From an uncultured delta proteobacterium (GTDB lineage: Bacteria > Myxococcota > Myxococcia > Myxococcales > Myxococcaceae): DNA of 64,000 bases. The stretch lies in NCBI GenBank assembly GCA_963796055.1, contig CAWCKH010000004.1:3040001-3104000 (forward strand), read 5' to 3'. Both the position numbers and the translations under genes were made by a program. The notes under the pieces are model-generated. The model was not told the DNA's origin, searched no databases, and saw nothing but the letters and a program-made list of their open reading frames with translations. Shown here piece after piece: positions 22,965-32,149 of this stretch (its first letter is position 1; each line of letters starts with the position of its first letter).

Positions 22965-23291
22965 GTGATCCGTGACCCGATGCAGGCGCTGGAGCGCGAC
23001 CTCCAGGCCGAGCGTGCCTCCGCCCTGGCGCGGATCAGCGACCTGTTCGAGAAGGCGCTGGAAGTGTGGGAGGCGCTGGAGGCGGGGGAGCTCCCGCCGC
23101 TGTCGTCGATCGAGGCGCAGGTCGCTCGGCGCACCGAGCTCCGCGACCTCACCGCCGAGCGGCTGTGGATGCTCCTGGTCCAGCGCGAGTGTGTCGGGCT
23201 GCGCGAGCACCGGGACATTCTCCACCGCGTGCCGCAGGAGATCCGCCGCCGCATCGGGCCGCGCCGGCGGTTGACGCGCCTGCCACCCTGA
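22965..23291 (+). CDS. Small helical hypothetical protein (DUF6665-like)
   Basis: LERDLQAERASALAR...LWMLLVQRECVGLR...VPQEIRRRIG; GTG 22965 or ATG 22980. Confidence 0.65.
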   Translation: MIRDPMQALERDLQAERASALARISDLFEKALEVWEALEAGELPPLSSIEAQVARRTELRDLTAERLWMLLVQRECVGLREHRDILHRVPQEIRRRIGPRRRLTRLPP

Positions 23292-23441
23292 GGCGCGCGG
23301 AGCCGGGCCCCGACACGAAGGTTCGAGGCAGGGCCGCCGTGGGCCCCGAGGACGTGGGGTCTCTGGGGCCAGGTGCCCGGACGCGGGCCGAGCGCTGGTC
23401 GCTGGCCTGGCCGTCGGGCGGTGCTACCGCGTGGGGCGAGC

Positions 23442-24755
23442 TCAACGGGCAGTCACCGCGTCCTTGAAGACCTTCCCGTCCTTCATCACGAACCCAACCT
23501 GCTCCAGCACCCGCACGTCCTTCAGCGGGTCGCCCTTCACCGCGACGATGTCCGCGTAGGCGCGCGGAGCCACGACGCCGATCTGCCCCTTCATCCCCAG
23601 CATCTCGGATGCCTTCGAGGTCGCGGACTGGATGGCCTGCATCGGCGTCATCCCGAACTCGACCATCCGCGAGAACTCCCGGGCGATCGGCTCCTTCCAG
23701 GAGAAGCCGCCCACGTCGCTTCCGAAGGCGATCTTCACCCCGGCCTTCAGCGCCCGGCGGAAGGAGGGCCCGTGCACCTCGACGCGCTTTCGGTCCCGCT
23801 TCCCGTCCGGCGTCCCCTCGGGCTCCCACGAGTGGTAGTAGGCCTCGATCGTCGGGCAGAGCCAGGTGCCCTGCTTCACCATCTGGGCCACCGCGGCGTC
23901 GTCCAGCTCCAGCCCGTGCTCGATGGAGTCGCACCCGCCGTCGAGCGCGCGCTTCATCCCGATCCCCCCGTAGGCGTGGCAGGCGACCTTCTTCCCCCAG
24001 CCGTGCACCTCGTCCACGATTGCCTTCAGCTCCTCCAGGGTGAGCGCTGGCTGAGAGACCAGATTGCCGGCCCTGTCCACCCAGGAGCGGTGGGTCATGT
24101 AGACCTTGATCCAGTCGGCCCCGTGATCGAGCTGCTCGCGGGCGGCCTTCCGCGCCTCCCACGGTCCGTCGACGATCTGCACCCCCTTCGGCACCGTCAC
24201 CTCGGGGGCATATCCCTCGAGCATGTACCCGCCGGTGCTGGAGATGGCCCGGGTCGCGACGAACAGGCGCGGGCCGGGGATGAGCCCCTCGTCGATGGCC
24301 CGCTTGATGCCCACGTCGCCGTAGCCGGCCCCCTCGGTGTCCACGTCGCGGAGCGTGGTGAAGCCCTGCTCGAGCGCGCGCCGCACCGCCACGGTCGCCC
24401 GCGCGGCCCGGTAGGCGATGGGCTCCTTGAGGAGCTGCGCGTCGTAGCCGCCCTCGGAGGCCTCCTCGCCGTGGAGCAGGATGTGGGTGTGCGAATCGAT
24501 GAGGCCGGGGAGCACCGTCGCCCCGGAGAGGTCGATGACCTTCGCCCCCGCCGGAATGCCACCGCCGCCGACGCTCTCGATCCGGTTGCCCCCGACGACG
24601 ATGACCTGGTTCGTCTTCGGTGAACCGGAGACCCCGTCGATCAGGACCCCGGCCTTGATGACCGTCACCGGCTGCGGGGCCGGTGCCGGGTCGGCGGCCA
24701 GCCCCGCGCGACAGACCAGTGACAGAAGCAGCACCCACCCGCGACGAACCGGCAT
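23442..24755 (-). CDS. Secreted metal-dependent amidohydrolase (Xaa-Pro dipeptidase-like group)
   Basis: Signal peptide; PGLIDSHTH, GFTTLRD, DWIKVY, VACHA, SIEHG, FGSD. Confidence 0.92.
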   Translation of the reverse strand: MPVRRGWVLLLSLVCRAGLAADPAPAPQPVTVIKAGVLIDGVSGSPKTNQVIVVGGNRIESVGGGGIPAGAKVIDLSGATVLPGLIDSHTHILLHGEEASEGGYDAQLLKEPIAYRAARATVAVRRALEQGFTTLRDVDTEGAGYGDVGIKRAIDEGLIPGPRLFVATRAISSTGGYMLEGYAPEVTVPKGVQIVDGPWEARKAAREQLDHGADWIKVYMTHRSWVDRAGNLVSQPALTLEELKAIVDEVHGWGKKVACHAYGGIGMKRALDGGCDSIEHGLELDDAAVAQMVKQGTWLCPTIEAYYHSWEPEGTPDGKRDRKRVEVHGPSFRRALKAGVKIAFGSDVGGFSWKEPIAREFSRMVEFGMTPMQAIQSATSKASEMLGMKGQIGVVAPRAYADIVAVKGDPLKDVRVLEQVGFVMKDGKVFKDAVTAR

Positions 24756-24835
24756 GTCCCACCCTCCCGAAAAGGGCGCGATGGTTCCGCATCCGAAGAC
24801 CCGGAGCAAAGCCATTCGTGATAGTCGGCCCCGCC

Positions 24836-26038
24836 ATGCCCAAGCCCTCCCAGCGCCGCGGCCTGCGGGCCGAGTATGCGAAGTCCCGGAGCGTCGATCC
24901 CCGGCCCATCACCGGGCGGGAGAAGCCGGCGGACCTTCTGGCCACCGCCTTCGGTGCCTACGTGGGGCGCCAGGAGCGCACCGCCTTCGAGCTGATGCAG
25001 CGGAGCGTGACCGAGGACTGCAGCATCTTCCTCACCCTGTCCGGGGCGATGACCCCGGCGGGGCTGCACCAGAGCTGCCTCATCCCGCTCATCGAGCGGG
25101 GCATCGTCAGCGCGCTCACCACCACCGGCGCCAACCTGTACCACGACGCCCACCGCATCATCGGGCACGCCATCCGCGAGGTGAACCCCAACGCCGGGGA
25201 CCTCCAGATGCGGTTGGCCCGCATCATTCGTATCTACGACCTCGGGTTCTGGGAGGAGGCACTGCTCGACACCGACCGGCTCTTCAGCGCGGTCATCCGC
25301 CGCCCCGAGTTCCAGCGGAAGATGACCACCCCGGAGTTCCACCATCTGCTCGGCAAGGCGGTGCACGGCATCGAGCGCTCCCTCGGAGTGAAGCAGCCCT
25401 CGCTTCTCGCCACCGCCTACAAGCACGCGGTGCCGATCTGGGTGGGCGCGGTGCAGGACGGGAGCATCTTCCTCAACGTGGTGAAGCTGAAGCGGCTGCT
25501 CGGGCCCGAGTTCCGGTTCGAGCTGGACATCAACGACGACGTCTACTCCATGGCCGCGATGCAGCACTTCTGCCGGCACCGTGGGAGCAACAAGCTGGCG
25601 ATCTGGATCCTCGGGGGCGGGGTGCCGAAGAACTACACCCTGCAGGGCGAGCCGCTGCTCGACCAGATCCTCTCGGTGCCCACCACCGGGTTCGACATCG
25701 ACGTGCAGTTCTGCGTCGACCCGGTGGACAACGGCGCGCTGTCCAGCTGTCCGGCGGGGGAGGGCCACACCTGGGGCAAGGTGTCGGTGGAAGCGGTGGA
25801 GACGGGCTCCGTCTACGTGCACACCGACGTCACCGCGGTGTTCCCCTGGCTCACCCACGCCCTGTTCTCCACCGGGGCGAAGCGGGCGCCGATGCGGCTG
25901 ATGGACCGGATGAGCGATGCCGTCGCCTTCCTCGACCGGGACGTCGCCCGGCGCAAGAAGAAGCTCCTGGCGACGATCGACTGGAGTCCGGACACCGCCC
26001 CCCCGACGAAGGGCACGCACGAGATGGTCGTCCGCTGA
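24836..26038 (+). CDS. Deoxyhypusine synthase-like protein (SpeY-type, probable homospermidine biosynthesis)
   Basis: LSGAMTPAGL, TTTGANLYHD, LGGGVPKN, GALS, EGHTWGKV (active-site Lys retained). Confidence 0.9.
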   Translation: MPKPSQRRGLRAEYAKSRSVDPRPITGREKPADLLATAFGAYVGRQERTAFELMQRSVTEDCSIFLTLSGAMTPAGLHQSCLIPLIERGIVSALTTTGANLYHDAHRIIGHAIREVNPNAGDLQMRLARIIRIYDLGFWEEALLDTDRLFSAVIRRPEFQRKMTTPEFHHLLGKAVHGIERSLGVKQPSLLATAYKHAVPIWVGAVQDGSIFLNVVKLKRLLGPEFRFELDINDDVYSMAAMQHFCRHRGSNKLAIWILGGGVPKNYTLQGEPLLDQILSVPTTGFDIDVQFCVDPVDNGALSSCPAGEGHTWGKVSVEAVETGSVYVHTDVTAVFPWLTHALFSTGAKRAPMRLMDRMSDAVAFLDRDVARRKKKLLATIDWSPDTAPPTKGTHEMVVR

Positions 26039-26267
26039 GCACGGCGCCGGCTTCAGCGACGCCGCCCGATTCTGGCTGATCCTTCCGTGCGCTGAGGAAT
26101 CGGACCGATGGCGCCGAGGGACTCCGGACGCCCGGGGCGGCTCGGGCGCGCGGGGCCTGCCCCGCCGTCCTGACGCGGGCAGTCGCAGGCGGGAGCGCAC
26201 GATCCGGCTGAAGCGTCCTTCGCCGCCGGTTAGCGTGGTGGAGATTCGCTCTCCGGAGGTCCCCCAC

Positions 26268-26687
26268 ATGGCCGAGCAGCCCTACTTCGTCGAGATCACC
26301 GCCGAGTCCGTCGGCGGGTTGCACGTTCGTGTCGCCCACGGACCGAGCGGGGCGAGCTTCGGGACCGACGCGCCGAAGGACAACGGCGGCGACGGCTCGG
26401 GCTTCTCGCCGACGGACCTGGTCGCGACCGGGTTCCTGGATTGCATGCTCACCACCATGAGCATCGTCGCGAAGCGGGAGAACATTCCCTGGGGGAAGTT
26501 TCGCGGCCGGGTCGAGAAGCACATGACCGGGGTGCCGCGGCGGATCGGCATGCTGGTGGTCGACGCATGGATGCCGGCCGAGCTGCCAGAGGACAGGAGA
26601 GAGCAGATGGAGCGGATCGCGCACACCTGCCCGGTCGCCCGGAGTCTCCATCCCGACGTGAAGATCGATCTGCGGTTCCACTACTGA
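26268..26687 (+). CDS. OsmC family protein
   Basis: TDAPKDNGG, FSPTDL, C...CPVARSLHP; GGAGGT RBS. Confidence 0.92.
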   Translation: MAEQPYFVEITAESVGGLHVRVAHGPSGASFGTDAPKDNGGDGSGFSPTDLVATGFLDCMLTTMSIVAKRENIPWGKFRGRVEKHMTGVPRRIGMLVVDAWMPAELPEDRREQMERIAHTCPVARSLHPDVKIDLRFHY

Positions 26688-26740
26688 TCGCCGAGCAGCT
26701 CGGCCCGGCGCGCTGAGCGGCGCACCGTGCAGGCCAGGAC

Positions 26741-29700
26741 TCACGGACTCAGTCGCGCCAGCGCGAGAACGGTCGTTCCGCCAGAACGGGCGAATCCGCC
26801 CACCACCAGCTTCCCGTCCGCCTGCTGCACGACGGCCTCGGCGCCGTCCCGGCCGCCGAAGAAGTCGACGGTCAGCTTCCCCTCCGCGCCGAAGCTTGCG
26901 TCGAGTGCGAGCCCGGTGTCGTTGAAGCGCGCGATGGCCATGTCGGGGTTGCTCCCCAGATTCGCTGATTGACCCACCACGACGATCTTCCCGTCCGCCT
27001 GCACGAGCATCGAGCGCGGGCTGTCGGATTCGGTGGTGAAGGTGATGACCGGCTGCGGTACCCGGGGCGGGGGCACACCGTTCGCCGGAACGTGTGCCAG
27101 TCCAAAGCCGAAGGCGATGCCGCCGGTGGTCGCTCCGGCAGCGAAGCGAATGGCGCCGAGGATGGTTCCGTCGCCCAGGACGACCACGTCCACGGCCTCA
27201 TCGTGCCCGGGCATCACCGCGTCGACGGTGCCGTTGTTCACGGGGCCGAACGTGTCATCACGCGTGCCGGGAAGCTGCACCTGGCCGTCGCCGAGGTAAC
27301 GCACGAAGCCCGTGTCGGGGTCCTCGGCGCCGTTCGGCGCGGTGCTCCCCGCCACCACGATCTTCCCGTCGCTCTGAATGGCGAGCCCATTGGCGATGCT
27401 GAAGGAATTGCCCGGTGAGTCGGTGGTCTTGCCGTCGAGGGAGAAGGTGAGATCGGGCGTCCCGTCCGCGTCGTACCGAGCGATAGCGAAGGCGACGGAG
27501 CTCGAGGTCGCGGAGATGGGTTGCACGGCGAACCCGACCACGAGGATCTTCCCGTCGGGCTGGAGGCGCATGCGTCGCACCTGATCGGTGCTGCCGAAGA
27601 AGTCAGTGGTCACGTGGCCACCACTTCCGAAGGTGGTGTCCAGCGAACCGTCGGGGTTGAACCGGGTCAGGGCAAAGTTGTCAGAGCCGACGACAACGGT
27701 GCTGGTGCTGCCGGTGCCGGCCACGACGATCTTGCCATCGGCCTGCACCGCGACGTCCATCGCGGTGTCGAGCACGCCGTTGTCGAACACCACGTTGACC
27801 ACGCCTGCGGTGCCGAATGTCGTGTCCATCGAGCCATCGGCATTCAACCGCAGTAGCTTCAGGCCACCGACCAGCAAGATCCTCCCGTCGCTCTGCAGCG
27901 CCATGCCGATGCGAGCGCCGAGGAGGCTGGGCGAGTAACCCACGCTGGTGACCGCACGGCCGCCGTCGCCGAACGACGGATCGAGGCCCCCCGGCGGCGT
28001 GGGCGTGGTGCAGGTGACTGAGATGTTCGTGACGTTCGTACCGCTCACCGTGCCAGTGCCGTTCGCGACCGTGCACGCCTGAAGGGGATTGCCCGGCTGG
28101 GTGTCGACCCGGACGTCGTAGCTCCTCCCGTCGAGGCGCGCCGTCGGAAAGACGAATGTCCCGTTGCTGCCCACTGCCACCGTTTGCTGTTCGAGCACGT
28201 CGCGAAGCACGAGTCCGGTGCCGAGCAGTCCAGTCACCGTCCCGCCGAGAGTGAAGCTCTGGGGCAGCGGGTGGGTATCGTCGATGATCGTCACGGCGCT
28301 GCTCGCCTGGCCCAGCGTTGCGCATCCGGTCGGTTCGGTCAGATTGACCGTGAACGTCTCGTCCCCCTCGGCGGCGGGGCTGTACACGAGCGGCACCTTG
28401 ATGAGCTTCGGGCTGGTGTCGCCGTCCTCGAAGGTGACGGTGGTCTGGACGCTCTGATAGTCGCCGGGCGCCGTCGCCGTGCCGTCGCTGGTCGTCACCT
28501 TGGCGCCCACCTGCCCGCTACTGCCGCCGATGCGCAGGACGAGGAGGTCGACTCCCGCAGCCCCGGCGCCCTCGAAAACCTCGTAGCTCGGCGAGAAGAA
28601 CTCCAGCGCTCCTGCGGAAGGCAAGCCGCGGCACTCGGCTGGTAGGCTCGGATCGTCCGACGGCGGAAGAGGTTCCGGACGATCCGTCGGCTCAAGCCCT
28701 TCGGCGATCAGCTGCGGATCGCCATCGATTCGGGTCGGGTCGCGGAAGAACGCGCCGAGGTAGCTGAACTCTCCTTTCGTCCGGCCATCGAAGACGTACG
28801 TGGAGACGTCCACATGGACGGTGAACTCCTCGCCGACGTCGACATTCGAAAGGTCGATCGGGATGAGCAGTTGCGTCTTCAAGCTCAGTCGAGCCTGGCT
28901 TCCCTCCTCGAGGCCGAGATCGGGAGCGAAAGCCACGCCATCGTCGTTCCAGAGGGGTTCCGCGTCTATCCCTCCATCGGGCAGGGGCAAGGCATGGAGC
29001 TTGGTGTCGGGAATCCAGTGGCTGCGCCAACCTCTCAACCTGAGACTTCCGGCCCCCCGGAAGAGCTTCGGAAGGCGCGTGCTGTGGGCCGCAAGCGTGA
29101 AGTCGATGGACGCATTCATCTCCCCGGCGCACTCCGGATCGCGAAAGTCGCAGGGCAGCAGCTCGGTTGAACCGTCGTCGTATGCTTCGATGCGTGCCTG
29201 GGTAATCAGCATGTGTAGTTTCGCGTCCGTGGTCCCCTTTCGATAGCTCTGCGTCTGGTGGTAGTTCAGAAAATTCCCGCCCAGGTCTTGCGCCTGATGG
29301 CCGATCGGCGCCTCGGCGTAGACGCCGTAGATTCCGCCGCCCGGACTCGAGAAGATTCGACCGCTCGAGCGGAACTCGCGCGGCAGGAGGTCCGGCAAGG
29401 GAACTCCGGGATCAAGCATCGTCCCGGGACCGAAGTCGTAGTCCCGCTCCAGAACCCCGCCGTCCTGCTGGTTCTGGTCGCGAAACGGGAGCACCGGGGC
29501 GTGGTCTCGACGGTAGTCCCGCGCATCCCAGCTCTTGAAGGGAGTCCCCTTCTCGAGCGGCGGCGTTGGGGGCGATCCCACATCGAGGCCCGAGAAGCTC
29601 CGGACGGTGCCCATCATCTTCGCCCCGCTCGCCGTCCCGGAGGTCACCGCGGCCCAGCCGGTCATTGCTGCGTTGGTCTTGTAGAGCACCGGCTGGGTCC

Positions 29701-30031
29701 CCGGAGGAACCAGGGCCGGGTCGAACGGAACGGTGATCGTCACGGGCACGGAGAAGCTCGTTCCGTGGGGCGTGAACGCGAACATGGGGCCGAAGGGCAC
29801 GACGCCCGCCGGCAATACCGGTAATCCGCTACTCGTCTGGGTGATGGCGATCGGTGTGACTGCCGAGAGTGCCCCGGGCGGAATCACCACCTGGGCCCCG
29901 GACGGTCCGGTCACCGTCCCTCCCGCCGGACCGATGCCAGATCCAGATGTTTGCCCCGGCGGACGGTCCGCACCTCCGCAGCCGCAGACGACGAGGACTG
30001 CAGAAACGGCGACCACCCACCTGCGAGACAT
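26741..30031 (-). CDS. Large surface lipoprotein: ZU5-like, unknown domain, Calx-beta, Ig-like repeat and delta-60 repeat beta-propeller
   Basis: Lipobox VVCG/C; IGPAGGTV..FTPHGTSF..PVTITVP (ZU5-like); TSDGTATAPGDY..EGDETFTVNL (Calx-beta); ~7 repeats of GxLDxxFGxxG...QxDGKIVVAG. Confidence 0.85.
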   Translation of the reverse strand: MSRRWVVAVSAVLVVCGCGGADRPPGQTSGSGIGPAGGTVTGPSGAQVVIPPGALSAVTPIAITQTSSGLPVLPAGVVPFGPMFAFTPHGTSFSVPVTITVPFDPALVPPGTQPVLYKTNAAMTGWAAVTSGTASGAKMMGTVRSFSGLDVGSPPTPPLEKGTPFKSWDARDYRRDHAPVLPFRDQNQQDGGVLERDYDFGPGTMLDPGVPLPDLLPREFRSSGRIFSSPGGGIYGVYAEAPIGHQAQDLGGNFLNYHQTQSYRKGTTDAKLHMLITQARIEAYDDGSTELLPCDFRDPECAGEMNASIDFTLAAHSTRLPKLFRGAGSLRLRGWRSHWIPDTKLHALPLPDGGIDAEPLWNDDGVAFAPDLGLEEGSQARLSLKTQLLIPIDLSNVDVGEEFTVHVDVSTYVFDGRTKGEFSYLGAFFRDPTRIDGDPQLIAEGLEPTDRPEPLPPSDDPSLPAECRGLPSAGALEFFSPSYEVFEGAGAAGVDLLVLRIGGSSGQVGAKVTTSDGTATAPGDYQSVQTTVTFEDGDTSPKLIKVPLVYSPAAEGDETFTVNLTEPTGCATLGQASSAVTIIDDTHPLPQSFTLGGTVTGLLGTGLVLRDVLEQQTVAVGSNGTFVFPTARLDGRSYDVRVDTQPGNPLQACTVANGTGTVSGTNVTNISVTCTTPTPPGGLDPSFGDGGRAVTSVGYSPSLLGARIGMALQSDGRILLVGGLKLLRLNADGSMDTTFGTAGVVNVVFDNGVLDTAMDVAVQADGKIVVAGTGSTSTVVVGSDNFALTRFNPDGSLDTTFGSGGHVTTDFFGSTDQVRRMRLQPDGKILVVGFAVQPISATSSSVAFAIARYDADGTPDLTFSLDGKTTDSPGNSFSIANGLAIQSDGKIVVAGSTAPNGAEDPDTGFVRYLGDGQVQLPGTRDDTFGPVNNGTVDAVMPGHDEAVDVVVLGDGTILGAIRFAAGATTGGIAFGFGLAHVPANGVPPPRVPQPVITFTTESDSPRSMLVQADGKIVVVGQSANLGSNPDMAIARFNDTGLALDASFGAEGKLTVDFFGGRDGAEAVVQQADGKLVVGGFARSGGTTVLALARLSP

Positions 30032-30061
30032 TGCTTCGTCCATGCGCCACCTCGCCAGGCA

Positions 30062-30090
30062 AGGACGGAAACCGGTCCTAAACCCGGACA
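30062..30090 (-). promoter_or_regulatory. Candidate ECF-type promoter, copy 1
   Basis: Minus strand TGTCCGG-GTTTAGGAC-CGGTTTCCGTCCT, 30 nt upstream of ATG 30031. Confidence 0.7.
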
Positions 30091-30200
30091 TCCCGGGCTC
30101 GATGGACGATTTCAGGGCGACGGGATGAGCCCGATTCCGGCAGTGCCGCGGAGGTGGGCGATCGGATGTGAACGTCCGACAGGTCGGCCCGACATCGAGG

Positions 30201-30209
30201 TGTCAAACA
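30201..30209 (+). repeat. 9-bp target site duplication, left
   Basis: TGTCAAACA, identical to 31505-31513. Confidence 0.95.
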
Positions 30210-31504
30210 CTGACGAATCCCCACTTCTCGTGAGGCAGAGCGCGAGGAAAGTCGGGAGCTTGAACGGCGCGTGGCCGCGACACGTCACGCTTGTTCTTGT
30301 GAGAAAACCAGGATCAGTAGACGCGGCCCGCGCCGCGCTTCTTGTCGCGCGTTTCACCAGCCCTCTGCAAGCAGTCCTCGACACCCGGCTCGTCAGCGCG
30401 CTGACGGTCGCAGTGACGGCGGCCTGCATGGGCGCCCAGCTGACGCTGACGTCCCTGGGGCGATGGCTTCCCGGACCAGCGCTTCGCAAGCACTCAGTGA
30501 AGCGCATCGACCGGCTCCTCGGGAACAACAGGTTGCACCTGAAGCTGGCGGCGTGTTGGGCAGCGCTGGCCGCCCTTCCCGCGAAGGGCCGCATCGTCCT
30601 CCTCATCGACTGGACGGGCGCCAACGACGGCAAGCAGTGGTGGGTGCTCAGTGCGTCCCTCGCCGCCGCTGGCAGAGCCATCCCGCTCTACGACGCCGTC
30701 TTCGGCAAGGGAGAGTACGACTCGGTCCGAGCACGGGAGACCTTCCTGCGAGAGCTCGAGCGGATTCTGCCTCCGTGCAGGCGAGTCATCTTCGTGGCCG
30801 ATGCTGGCTTTCGGGTGCCCTTTCTCAAGCAGCTGGCTTCCCGCGGCTGGGACTTCGTCGTCCGTCTACGTGGCCGCCCCTACGTCCTGCTCAAGCGCAC
30901 CGGTGAGAGCTTCCGGCTGAAGGAACTCCGCCGTCGCGCAAGGCCAACGGCAGCGTCGCTCGGCCCGGCACAGGTTTGTCGAGGTAGCAAAGCCTTCGTG
31001 TGCCGCCAACTCGTGCTCTTCCGGACGCGGCGGAAGGGACGCAAAGCGAAGGACCGACTGGGCCGTGTCCGGAAGTGGCGACGGAGCCGTCACTACGCCT
31101 CCTCGTGGCGGGAACCGTGGGTGCTGCTCACGTCCCTGCCGGACGGCGCCGAGAGGATTCGGCAGCTCTACTCGATGCGCATGGCCATCGAGGAGACCTT
31201 CCGAGACATCAAGAACCCACGCCTCGGCATGGGTTTCGCCGGCTCCGCCTCACGCTCGCTCCCTCGGGTACGCGTCCTGTGGCTCATCGGCGCCATCGCC
31301 GCGAAGGTCTGCAGGGCGATGGGCGAGCACGCCGAGAAGATAGGCCTCGTCCGCGGGCTTCAGGCCAACACCATCAAAGACCGACGGGTGCTCTCCGTCT
31401 TCCGTGCCGGGATGCTCGTCCTCAACATACTCCTCGCCCCCCTCCGGGACGCTCTTGGCAGTCCACCACCCCTACTGCTCGCATGAGAAGTGGGGATCCG
31501 TCAG
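30210..31504 (+). mobile_element. Complete IS4-family insertion sequence, IS10-like (1295 bp)
   Basis: 23-bp TIRs CTGACGAATCCCCACTTCTCGTG (30210-30232) and reverse complement CTGACGGATCCCCACTTCTCATG (31482-31504), 21/23 identical; 9-bp TSD; single transposase ORF. Confidence 0.95.
30299..31486 (+). CDS. IS4 family DDE transposase
   Basis: LIDW, VADAGF, YSMRMAIEETFRDIK (YREK signature), EPWVLLTS; start GTG 30299 is approximate. Confidence 0.93.
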   Translation: MRKPGSVDAARAALLVARFTSPLQAVLDTRLVSALTVAVTAACMGAQLTLTSLGRWLPGPALRKHSVKRIDRLLGNNRLHLKLAACWAALAALPAKGRIVLLIDWTGANDGKQWWVLSASLAAAGRAIPLYDAVFGKGEYDSVRARETFLRELERILPPCRRVIFVADAGFRVPFLKQLASRGWDFVVRLRGRPYVLLKRTGESFRLKELRRRARPTAASLGPAQVCRGSKAFVCRQLVLFRTRRKGRKAKDRLGRVRKWRRSRHYASSWREPWVLLTSLPDGAERIRQLYSMRMAIEETFRDIKNPRLGMGFAGSASRSLPRVRVLWLIGAIAAKVCRAMGEHAEKIGLVRGLQANTIKDRRVLSVFRAGMLVLNILLAPLRDALGSPPPLLLA

Positions 31505-31513
31505 TGTCAAACA
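31505..31513 (+). repeat. 9-bp target site duplication, right
   Basis: TGTCAAACA. Confidence 0.95.
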
Positions 31514-31546
31514 CCTTCGCTTCCCTCGCGCCGGCGGGCCACCCCG

Positions 31547-32119
31547 TCACCGGACCAGCCGCACCCGCATCGCCGGGGTCCCGCCGCGACGGGAATGGGC
31601 CTCCCAGGACAGCGTCTCGACTGCCGAATAGACAGTCGAGGCGAGGAAGGGGTCGGGTGGGGTGACGGGAAAGACCCGTCCGACGATCCGCGGCTCCCTC
31701 CAGCGGGCCTCGACCACCGAGAGGAGATCCTTCTGCCCAGGGACTCGCCAGTCCGAATGCCCGGCGAAGCCGCCGCTCTCATCGAGCTGCCGGGCCGCCG
31801 CGAGCGCCGCCTTCCACGTCAGGGTCTGCGGAGCGCCGGCGGACGGCAGGCATCGGTCGTCCTCGAGCTGCTCGGGACTTCCACCGTCATCGAGGGCCGT
31901 GCCGAGGGGGCAGCGCTGCCAGATCGACCCGGTCCGTTGGTCCAGAGCGGTTCCGTCGGGCCGCACGAGGAACCGCTCCCCGGGGAGGTTCCGGGACTGC
32001 GAGAAGCGGCGGGGTTGGCTTCCTGCCGCCTCGGAGCGCGCACAGGCGCACATGGAGGAAAGAATCCCTGCGGCTGCCCAGAACCAGCCCGCGGGTGCCC
32101 GCTTTCGTCTGCGCTTCAT
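31547..32119 (-). CDS. DUF1566 (Lcl C-terminal-like) domain exported protein/lipoprotein
   Basis: DGTALDQRTGSIWQRC, TWKAAL, FAGHSDWRVP, C-terminal VRLVR; basic/hydrophobic N-terminus with Cys. Confidence 0.82.
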   Translation of the reverse strand: MKRRRKRAPAGWFWAAAGILSSMCACARSEAAGSQPRRFSQSRNLPGERFLVRPDGTALDQRTGSIWQRCPLGTALDDGGSPEQLEDDRCLPSAGAPQTLTWKAALAAARQLDESGGFAGHSDWRVPGQKDLLSVVEARWREPRIVGRVFPVTPPDPFLASTVYSAVETLSWEAHSRRGGTPAMRVRLVR

Positions 32120-32149
32120 GCGTCACCTCTCGATGGGAGCTGGGCCGAT

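Noticed and set aside
26039..26267. Structured RNA upstream of osmC (GCTTCAGC..GCTGAAGC long-range pairing)
   Set aside because: A single 8-bp match in GC-rich DNA is insufficient evidence
30201..30206. Minus-strand TTGACA within the TSD as a sigma70 -35 box for the lipoprotein gene
   Set aside because: No plausible -10 box at 16-18 nt spacing
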